A stretch of DNA of 64,000 bases, from the NCBI GenBank assembly GCA_040285615.1, contig JAVJRL010000012.1, positions 765,257 to 829,256 of the forward strand. The letters run 5' to 3'. The DNA comes from Allomuricauda sp. GTDB taxonomy: Bacteria; Bacteroidota; Bacteroidia; Flavobacteriales; Flavobacteriaceae. How positions within the stretch are numbered: the stretch's first letter is position 1; every line of letters starts with the position of its first letter. Below are positions 57,780-64,000 of the stretch, one piece after another. Below the pieces are notes generated by a model. The model saw nothing but the letters and a program-made list of their open reading frames with translations. It made no database searches and was not told the DNA's origin. The position numbers and the translations under genes are program-made.

Positions 57780-58754
57780 TTAAAATACTCCTGCTTTTAA
57801 CAACAGACCTTCGGTTTCAGGGAAGCCGAACATCAAATTCATATTTTGTACTGCTTGTCCCGATGCGCCTTTCAATAAATTATCGATAGCAGAGGTAATC
57901 AAAAGAAGGTCATCGTGTTTGTGCAAATGGATGTGGCATTGGTTGGTGTTCACGACTTGCTTTAAATGCAATGCTTCTTCCGACATATGGGTAAAGGCAG
58001 CATCTTTATAAAAATCGTTGTACAGCTCTTTTGCTTCCTCCAAGCTACCGTTGTAGTTGGTGTAGGCGGTGGCCAAAATCCCTCGGGTAAAGTTTCCTCG
58101 ATTGGGCAAGAACATCAGTTTTCCGACAGACTTACCGAAGGAATTCAAGCTTTCTCCTATTTCTCCCAAATGTTGGTGTGTAAATGGCTTGTACCACGAA
58201 ACATTGTTGTTTCTCCAGCTAAAATGAGATGTAGCCGATAGTCCTACACCAGCTCCGGTACTTCCTGTAACAGCGTTGATATGTACATCATTCCCTAGGA
58301 TACCTGCTTTTGCCAATGGTAACAATGCCAATTGGATGGCGGTTGCAAAACAACCGGGGTTTGCAATGGCCTCTGCGGATTTTATGGCAGACTTGTTCAA
58401 TTCTGGAAGCCCATAAATGAACCGTTGACCATTAAAAACGGAATCAGCCTGTAATCTGAAATCGTTGCTGAGGTCAATGATTTTTGTTGATGTCGAAAAT
58501 TTGTTCTCATTCAAAAATGAAGTCGAGTTTCCATGCCCCAAACAAAGAAATACCACATCAACCTCTGGATTAACCTCTCCAGAGAACTTCAAATCCGTTT
58601 GTCCCAACAAATCCTGATGAGCGGAAGTTATGGGTTTGCCCGCTCTTGTGGTACTGTACACAAAGTCAATCTCCGTTTTTGGATGATTGAGTAGTAGCCT
58701 GATTAACTCACCGCCCGTGTACCCAGAACCTCCTATGATTCCTACTTTGATCAT
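57780..58754 (-). CDS. argC: N-acetyl-gamma-glutamyl-phosphate reductase
   Basis: MIKVGIIGGSGYTGGELIRLLLNHP is present. The active-site Cys lies in IANPGCFATA. Total length is 324 aa. Confidence 0.95.
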   Translation of the reverse strand: MIKVGIIGGSGYTGGELIRLLLNHPKTEIDFVYSTTRAGKPITSAHQDLLGQTDLKFSGEVNPEVDVVFLCLGHGNSTSFLNENKFSTSTKIIDLSNDFRLQADSVFNGQRFIYGLPELNKSAIKSAEAIANPGCFATAIQLALLPLAKAGILGNDVHINAVTGSTGAGVGLSATSHFSWRNNNVSWYKPFTHQHLGEIGESLNSFGKSVGKLMFLPNRGNFTRGILATAYTNYNGSLEEAKELYNDFYKDAAFTHMSEEALHLKQVVNTNQCHIHLHKHDDLLLITSAIDNLLKGASGQAVQNMNLMFGFPETEGLLLKAGVF

Positions 58755-59938
58755 GAATCTTGGTTTACGTGATTGGCAATTTTTCCTGAGTTGGACAAAA
58801 TTTTGATGAATCCCTTGGCCTCATCGGCGGTCCAACCCTTGTTCATTTCACCATAACTTCCAAAGGAAGCGTTCATCAAATCATGCTTGGAAGAGATTCC
58901 GTTCAATTCAAATCGGTAGGGGTGCAAAGTCACAAATACATCTCCTGACACATGCTTTTGAGTATCGGTCAAAAAGGCTTCGATGTTTCGCATGACCTCA
59001 TCCAAATAGTTTCCTTCGTGCAACAACATTCCATAAAAATTGCCCATTTGTTCTTTTTGGTATTGCTGCCATTTGCTCAGAGTATGTTTTTCCAGCAAAT
59101 GGTGTGCTTTTATAATGATCAAGGGAGCAGCAGCTTCAAAACCTACTCTTCCCTTAATACCGATAATGGTATCGCCAACGTGAATATCCCTTCCAATAGC
59201 ATATTTGGAGGCAATGGCAGATAATTTTTCGATGTTCGCCACAGGGCTGCCCTGTTCGCCATCCAAAGCAACCAGCTCGCCATTTTTAAAGGTCAATTTC
59301 AATTCTTTCGGCAATTCTTTTTCCAATTGACTTGGGTAGGCACTTTCGGGTAAAGCTTGGTGAGAGGTCAAAGTTTCGTCACCTCCAACGGATGTTCCCC
59401 ATAATCCTCTATTGATTGAATATTTTGCCTTTTCCCAAGGATAGTCGATTCCGTTTTTTTGCAAGTAGTCGATTTCTTCTTCCCTTGCCAATTTTTTATC
59501 CCTGATTGGGGTAATGATTTGAATTTCCGGCGCGAGGATTTGAAAAATCATGTCAAATCTTACTTGGTCATTGCCTGCTCCTGTACTTCCATGGGCTATA
59601 TACTTGGCTCCAATTTTTTTGGCATGATTGACAATCTCTATGGCCTGCACAATTCTTTCCGCACTTACCGAAAGGGGATAGGTGTTGTTTCTAAGTACAT
59701 TTCCGTAGATGAGGTATTTCACCACTTTGTCATAAAAGGTGGAAACGGCATCAATGGAAGTGTAGGAGGTGGCACCCAGAGCAATCGCTTTTTCTTCAAT
59801 ATCCTCTATTTCAGCTTTGCTGAAACCTCCCGTGTTCACACTTACGGCATGCACTTCGAACCCTTCTTCTTGCGAAAGATACTTTGCACAATAAGACGTA
59901 TCCAATCCGCCACTATAGGCTATAACTAATTTTTCCAT
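58751..59938 (-). CDS. argG: Argininosuccinate synthase
   Basis: The ATP-PPase motif is VIAYSGGLDTS. AHGSTGAGNDQVRF is also present. Total length is 395 aa. Confidence 0.95.
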   Translation of the reverse strand: MEKLVIAYSGGLDTSYCAKYLSQEEGFEVHAVSVNTGGFSKAEIEDIEEKAIALGATSYTSIDAVSTFYDKVVKYLIYGNVLRNNTYPLSVSAERIVQAIEIVNHAKKIGAKYIAHGSTGAGNDQVRFDMIFQILAPEIQIITPIRDKKLAREEEIDYLQKNGIDYPWEKAKYSINRGLWGTSVGGDETLTSHQALPESAYPSQLEKELPKELKLTFKNGELVALDGEQGSPVANIEKLSAIASKYAIGRDIHVGDTIIGIKGRVGFEAAAPLIIIKAHHLLEKHTLSKWQQYQKEQMGNFYGMLLHEGNYLDEVMRNIEAFLTDTQKHVSGDVFVTLHPYRFELNGISSKHDLMNASFGSYGEMNKGWTADEAKGFIKILSNSGKIANHVNQDS

Positions 59939-60002
59939 TTTTTTTTGATTCTTTAAATATTGTTGTCATACGGAGCATTCTGGACTATGCTCGAATTGAC
60001 AT

Positions 60003-60617
60003 TTATTTATCTTTCTTTTTAAGAAAAAGGCTTTCTTTTATACTTTTTAATCTTTTAAAGGCCTTTTTGTTGATTTTTTCGGGTTCTTGTTTTTGTGCTT
60101 TTGGGTCGTGCAACATTCCTGTGCACAGACACATTTTTCTGTCGGTTCGTGTGAGAATGTCAAAATTCTTGCAAGTTTGACAGCCTTTCCAGAATTCGGG
60201 GTCGTCCGTAAGTTCGGAAAAGGTGACAGGTTTGTAGCCGAGCTCATAGTTCATCTTCATTACCGCCAGTCCTGTAGTGATACCAAAAATTTTGGCATCT
60301 GGGAATTTTTTTCGTGATAGATCAAAGACTGCTTTCTTAATTTTCTTGGCAAGCCCTTGATTTCTATAATCTGGATGCACAATCAAACCCGAGTTGGCCA
60401 CGAAATCTTTGTTTCCCCAGACTTCGATGTAGCAGAATCCGGCAAACTTATCTCCATCCAAAGCAATAATAGCATTGCCGTTTTGGAGACGTTTTATGAT
60501 ATATTCGGGCGTACGTCTAGCGATACCGGTACCTCGGACTTTAGCCGAATCGGTGATGGTATCACTAATGATCTGTGCGTATTTAAAATGTGATTCGTTA
60601 GCAACAATAATTTCCAT
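60003..60617 (-). CDS. GNAT-family N-acyltransferase (first gene of the arg operon; ArgA-like role inferred) with C-terminal Cys cluster
   Basis: ORF extends to 60692. The ATG at 60617 gives MEIIVANESHFKYAQ. The GNAT acyl-CoA motif is VHPDYRNQGLAKKI. The C-terminus has CQTC-x13-CLC followed by a Lys-rich tail. Confidence 0.8.
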   Translation of the reverse strand: MEIIVANESHFKYAQIISDTITDSAKVRGTGIARRTPEYIIKRLQNGNAIIALDGDKFAGFCYIEVWGNKDFVANSGLIVHPDYRNQGLAKKIKKAVFDLSRKKFPDAKIFGITTGLAVMKMNYELGYKPVTFSELTDDPEFWKGCQTCKNFDILTRTDRKMCLCTGMLHDPKAQKQEPEKINKKAFKRLKSIKESLFLKKKDK

Positions 60618-60708
60618 TGCAAGCGATAGTTCTGTAAAAAATTGAAAAAATGTATTTGGAGATTTTGCGGAAATGGACTCACCTATTTCCAATAGTTATG
60701 TTGCACCC

Positions 60709-60792
60709 TTACGGGCGACGACGGCGGGGAGTAAACGGACTAATAGGAGCAGCAATGCTCAAAGTAGATATTATGTACAATTGTCCTTTCAT
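60709..60792 (-). promoter_or_regulatory. Candidate arginine-operon leader peptide ORF (27 codons, four consecutive Arg codons before the stop)
   Basis: My own translation of the minus strand runs from ATG 60792-60790 to TAA 60711-60709 and gives MKGQLYIISTLSIAAPISPFTPRRRRP*. The Arg codons CGC CGT CGT CGC occupy 60726-60715. The stop lies 91 nt upstream of the first arg-operon ATG (60617). The ORF is too short to appear in the supplied track. Confidence 0.4.
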
Positions 60793-60812
60793 TCTGTGGC
60801 TAATGTACAAAT

Positions 60813-60824
60813 TAATTCGAATTA
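60813..60824. promoter_or_regulatory. Perfect 12-bp palindrome TAATTCGAATTA upstream of the arg leader (possible operator)
   Basis: The palindrome was read directly from the sequence. It lies between the stop of the upstream gene (60839) and the leader ATG (60792). Its function is unknown. Confidence 0.25.
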
Positions 60825-60838
60825 GACTAAAGTTCAGA

Positions 60839-62191
60839 TTACTTTTTGAAGAAATGTAACTTTTTTGGCCTGCTACCTATCATTTCATAAATAAAGAAGC
60901 CGATTACCAAAATGTATTCAATGGCCAACAACCACAAATTCTCTTTGTAGTCTGGGTTGGAATAGGCATAGTAACTGAGAATAATGGTGCAAGACCATAC
61001 CAAAGGGAACCTATAATTAGTGAAGATGGCAAAGCCTAACAAGAAAACCACATACCACGGATGAACGGTGCTGGAAAGAAAATAGTAAATGGCAAGCGCG
61101 AAAACCATTGAGGTGATGACGCTATCCAGTTTTTGGTTTTTCCGTAGGAATGCAATCAACAATACAATCATTACTATCGCTTTGGTAAGCATAGAACCAT
61201 AGGAATCGATAAGTTCCCATGGTTTGGCTTCGTAATAGGTGATGGCAATTTTTTTTACCACATTGTAAATGCTGGCATTGAATTCAAAATTGGAGAACCA
61301 CAGCCCAACGGTCTCTGAATAATTATCTATAAAAACAGGAGAGTAAAAGGGGAGTAGCAGTGCTGCACATCCCAATATAACAAGGGTATAAAAAACAGCA
61401 CTCTTTTTAAGTCCAAAATATTTTATAAAGATGGGCAGAAACAATAGTGGCATCAATTTTACCATAATGGAAATGGCATAAACGGGTATTGCCCATAACC
61501 ACTTGTTTTTTGATATGAGGTACAGGGCCCACACAAAAAAGAAGAGCATTACGCCTTCATAATGGAGATTGCCGGTGAGTTCAATAATGACCAATGGATT
61601 CAAAAAGTACCAAAAAGCCATGTGATTTGCCTTGTTGAGGTTCTGTAGTAGCTTTCTTCCGAAATAAAGCACACCCAAGTCTGCCAAGATTACCGTTAAA
61701 CGCATAGCAATCATGGAACCCATTACGCTTCCTCCCCCTAAAATTGAGGCGATTGCGAAAAGAATTTGGTTTACGGGGGGATAGTTGCTGTAGTGTCGTG
61801 CATTGAGGTCAGTCATTCCTTCGCGCAACTCGTTCATGCTGGCAAAGGATACCGTACCCTGTTCCATAATCTGGTCCGGTGTGTACAAATAAGGATTTAT
61901 CCCATTTTTAATGAGTTCACCATCCCAAATGAATCGGTAAAAATCTTGTGAAAGATTAGGTTCTGCAATCAAAAACACCAACCTAAACAGGATTCCGACA
62001 ATCAAAAGGAATTTGAAGTTCCATTTTTCAAATTGGATGAGTTTGTAGCACAAGAAAAAGAGTGCTCCAAAAAGCATAAACAGCTTTACAAAATCCGTAC
62101 GGACCAAGTTGTAAGCAAAACTCCAATAGAATAAAATACAAGCGACGGCAAAAAGTATCGGGTATCTATGCAGTCGCCAATAAGATTGCAT
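60839..62191 (-). CDS. Polytopic membrane protein, GT-C-like glycosyltransferase (DUF2029/mannosyltransferase-like)
   Basis: 450 aa with about 12 TM helices. An extracytoplasmic loop motif, DFYRFIWDGELIKNGINPY, follows the early helices, as in GT-C-fold enzymes. It is linked to two GT2 genes. Confidence 0.5.
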   Translation of the reverse strand: MQSYWRLHRYPILFAVACILFYWSFAYNLVRTDFVKLFMLFGALFFLCYKLIQFEKWNFKFLLIVGILFRLVFLIAEPNLSQDFYRFIWDGELIKNGINPYLYTPDQIMEQGTVSFASMNELREGMTDLNARHYSNYPPVNQILFAIASILGGGSVMGSMIAMRLTVILADLGVLYFGRKLLQNLNKANHMAFWYFLNPLVIIELTGNLHYEGVMLFFFVWALYLISKNKWLWAIPVYAISIMVKLMPLLFLPIFIKYFGLKKSAVFYTLVILGCAALLLPFYSPVFIDNYSETVGLWFSNFEFNASIYNVVKKIAITYYEAKPWELIDSYGSMLTKAIVMIVLLIAFLRKNQKLDSVITSMVFALAIYYFLSSTVHPWYVVFLLGFAIFTNYRFPLVWSCTIILSYYAYSNPDYKENLWLLAIEYILVIGFFIYEMIGSRPKKLHFFKK

Positions 62192-62200
62192 GTGTATGGA

Positions 62201-63685
62201 TTAGGCCTTGGAAGTTAAGGATTTAAAGAATACAAATCCGAAACCTAGGAACAACATGAGGTGGAAAGGGAACAATCCATAGTCGTTCAATGGTATGGCA
62301 CTGTACATTCCGAAAAGGAAATAAATCATTAAAGCAAACTCCAAAATCATGTTGGGAGACAATTTGGTGGTCAAATATTTATTGCCCTTCCAGGTGTCCT
62401 TTATACTATTGATATTGAACTTTGGAGTTCGAACAAATTCACTTCGTTTTCCCAAATGTCCTTCCAAAACAGCCACGCTATTGTGCAAAGAGAAGCCCAA
62501 TGCCACCGAGAAGAAGGTAAAGAAGAGTTTAATGTAGTCCACAAAATTATCAAAACTGCTACCCTGAATACTTTTATAGGTAAACCAATAACATACAAAT
62601 AAGATGATGGTACTCAAAATAAAGAAGCTTGTCACTTCAAAAACCCAACCTAAATGTCCGTAGGTATTTTTGATGTAGAGCATTGGAATGCTCAACAAAG
62701 CTACGGTGAACACGCATAGGAACATGGAGCTGTTCAACAAGTGCATTACACCATGAAATTTGGTTTTGAAAGGTATGTTTTTGGAAGTGATAACACTCCA
62801 AACTGTTTTTCTAAAGTTTTCAGCACCACCTTTGTTCCAACGGAACTGTTGCGAGCGCGCCGCACTTATAACGACGGGAAGCTCAGCAGGGGTTTCCACA
62901 TCTTCCAAATACTTGAATTTCCAATTTTTCAATTGTGCACGGTAGCTCAAATCCAAATCTTCGGTAAGGGTGTCGCCTTCCCAGTTTCCTGCATCAAAAA
63001 TGCATTCTTTTCTCCAAATACCTGCAGTACCGTTAAAGTTAATGAAATGTCCTTTCGAATTTCTTCCTACTTGCTCTAAAGTAAAGTGGGCATCCAAAGC
63101 AAAAGCTTGGATACGGGTAAGGGTAGAGTAATCTCTGTTGATGTGTCCCCAACGGGTCTGCACCACACCAATTTCCTCATCCTTAAAATAAGGAACGGTC
63201 TTTTTTAGCCAATCGGACTCTGGAAGGAAGTCTGCATCAAAAATGGCGATAAAGTCACCTTTGGCGATTTCCAAACCTTCTTTAAGGGCTCCTGCCTTAA
63301 ATCCTTTTCGGTTTTCCCTTCGGATGTGTTGAATGTCCAAACCAGTTTCTTGAAGTTCTTTGACCCTTTGGGCTGTTTCTATAACCGAATCATCTGTAGA
63401 GTCATCCAATACCTGGATTTCCAATTTGCTTTTTGGATATTCTATTTTGGCGATGTTCTCCAACAAACGCTCCATTACATATTCCTCGTTGTAGATGGGA
63501 AGTTGAATGGTGACGAATGGAATTTCTTTGGGATCGAGTAGGTTGAATTTTGGAGCCTCTTCGTTTCTTTTCTTGTAACCGAGATAGTTTACCAAGAGAT
63601 TCAATTGCGCAAGGCTGTAAAAGAATATCAAAAGTAAGGCGAAACTATAAATAGCAATGATGATGTAAGCAATAGCAAGTCCCAT
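62201..63685 (-). CDS. Family 2 glycosyltransferase, processive (cellulose-synthase-like) type
   Basis: An N-terminal TM helix is followed by QVLDDSTDDS, FDADF, TEDLDLS and QQFRWNKG (QxxRW). C-terminal TM helices follow. Confidence 0.85.
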   Translation of the reverse strand: MGLAIAYIIIAIYSFALLLIFFYSLAQLNLLVNYLGYKKRNEEAPKFNLLDPKEIPFVTIQLPIYNEEYVMERLLENIAKIEYPKSKLEIQVLDDSTDDSVIETAQRVKELQETGLDIQHIRRENRKGFKAGALKEGLEIAKGDFIAIFDADFLPESDWLKKTVPYFKDEEIGVVQTRWGHINRDYSTLTRIQAFALDAHFTLEQVGRNSKGHFINFNGTAGIWRKECIFDAGNWEGDTLTEDLDLSYRAQLKNWKFKYLEDVETPAELPVVISAARSQQFRWNKGGAENFRKTVWSVITSKNIPFKTKFHGVMHLLNSSMFLCVFTVALLSIPMLYIKNTYGHLGWVFEVTSFFILSTIILFVCYWFTYKSIQGSSFDNFVDYIKLFFTFFSVALGFSLHNSVAVLEGHLGKRSEFVRTPKFNINSIKDTWKGNKYLTTKLSPNMILEFALMIYFLFGMYSAIPLNDYGLFPFHLMLFLGFGFVFFKSLTSKA

Positions 63686-64000
63686 TATTTTAAACTGTAT
63701 TTAAAGATCCAACCCAATATTTTTATGCCCGCAAATATAGTACCTTTTACTGTACCTGATACTTTTGAGATGCCAATTCTTCGTTTGTAACGCACTGGTA
63801 CTTCGATATATGACATTTTTTTCCTCAAAATTTTCAATTGCATTTCCACAGTCCACCCATAAGTTGTGTCCTGCATTTCCAATTCTTTGAGCTTTTCATA
63901 TTTTATCGCCCTAAAAGGTCCTAAATCCGTAAATTTTGACCTGAAAAACAATCGCATTAAAAATGTGGCCAAATTGTTCCCAAAAACTTGTTGTGGAGTC
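63685..64000 (-). CDS. Family 2 glycosyltransferase (Dpm1/polyprenol-phosphate glycosyltransferase-like), C-terminal part only
   Basis: The track ORF 63685..63972 starts at TTG, but the frame stays open to the window edge (…TPQQVFGNNLATFLMRLFF…). The DLGPFRAIKYE and GWTVEMQLK motifs are typical of this GT2 subgroup. Its stop overlaps the start of the next gene. Confidence 0.75.
   Translation of the reverse strand, partial: TPQQVFGNNLATFLMRLFFRSKFTDLGPFRAIKYEKLKELEMQDTTYGWTVEMQLKILRKKMSYIEVPVRYKRRIGISKVSGTVKGTIFAGIKILGWIFKYSLK

Noticed and set aside
57336-57889. Plus-strand ORFs of 154 aa and 126 aa inside proC/argC. Similar antisense ORFs occur at 59459..59929, 55303..55707, 31708..32124, 4487..4927, 11897..12370 and 15714..16166.
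   Set aside because: These are shadow ORFs opposite well-supported genes. I recognise no domains, and their composition is typical of antisense frames.
59939-60002. The hairpin GAGCAT-n8-ATGCTC between the GNAT gene and argG.
   Set aside because: It has a 6-bp stem and no adjacent U-tract, inside an obviously co-transcribed operon. It may affect mRNA stability, but the evidence is too thin to call.
60650-60859. A plus-strand 69-aa track ORF that also encodes four arginines (…YGRRRRGVNG…).
   Set aside because: It is the mirror of the same GC-rich 18-mer, because CGN-rich runs read as Arg on both strands. It runs antisense to the arg operon, spans the intergenic spacer and the end of the upstream gene, and has no functional context. 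The minus-strand 27-codon ORF is the one that is co-oriented with the arg genes and stops right after the Arg run.
1-64000. Mobile elements, prophage, CRISPR arrays, tRNA or rRNA genes, and compositional islands.
   Set aside because: Scanning by eye, I found no transposase or integrase-like ORFs, no spaced direct-repeat arrays, no tRNA-like T-arm/acceptor patterns in the intergenic gaps, and no obvious GC shift. I could not run tRNAscan or Infernal, so small RNAs cannot be excluded.

Overview
The window is 64 kb of densely packed, roughly 40% GC chromosome. It looks like Bacteroidota, probably a marine Flavobacteriaceae. The basis is SusC/SusD genes, lipoprotein signals ending in Cys, absence of Shine-Dalgarno-type spacing, an arginine cluster with an unusual (argF'-type) carbamoyltransferase, and mevalonate-pathway genes. 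I call about 47 protein genes. I see no rRNA, tRNA, CRISPR array, IS element, integrase or phage block, so this reads as core chromosome rather than an island.

Main blocks:
- (a) 1-14.1 kb: a mix of envelope and enzyme genes. These are an edge-truncated ABC exporter that is missing from the supplied ORF track, a TPM protein, a penicillin-acylase-family lipoprotein, an acyltransferase-3, a membrane-anchored AraC regulator divergent from an exported PLP enzyme, a metallophosphoesterase, a large GAF protein, and an HD protein fused to a Pycsar-effector-like membrane domain.
- (b) 14.2-17.9 kb: a 1237-aa metallophosphoesterase fused to an Omp85-type barrel.
- (c) 17.9-27.6 kb: a minus-strand operon of two paralogous VCBS/CRTAC1-like lipoproteins, a PAP2/vanadium-haloperoxidase-like lipoprotein and two unknowns.
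- (d) 27.9-35.9 kb: susC-susD divergent from lacI-GH13.
- (e) 36-41 kb: glycerol and glycerophosphodiester genes (GDPD, glpF, glpK).
- (f) 41.4-44.5 kb: mevalonate diphosphate decarboxylase, a GHMP kinase and a UbiA prenyltransferase.
- (g) 50.9-60.6 kb: a 10-gene arginine biosynthesis operon.
- (h) 60.8-64 kb: a glycosyltransferase trio.

The most interesting thing I found directly in the sequence is an unannotated 27-codon ORF just upstream of the arginine operon. It ends in four consecutive Arg codons (…PRRRRP-stop), which makes it a candidate arginine-sensing leader peptide.

All product names come from motif recognition by eye. No database search was run. Several ORF-track starts are TTG-extended, and I moved them to downstream ATGs that give signal peptides.
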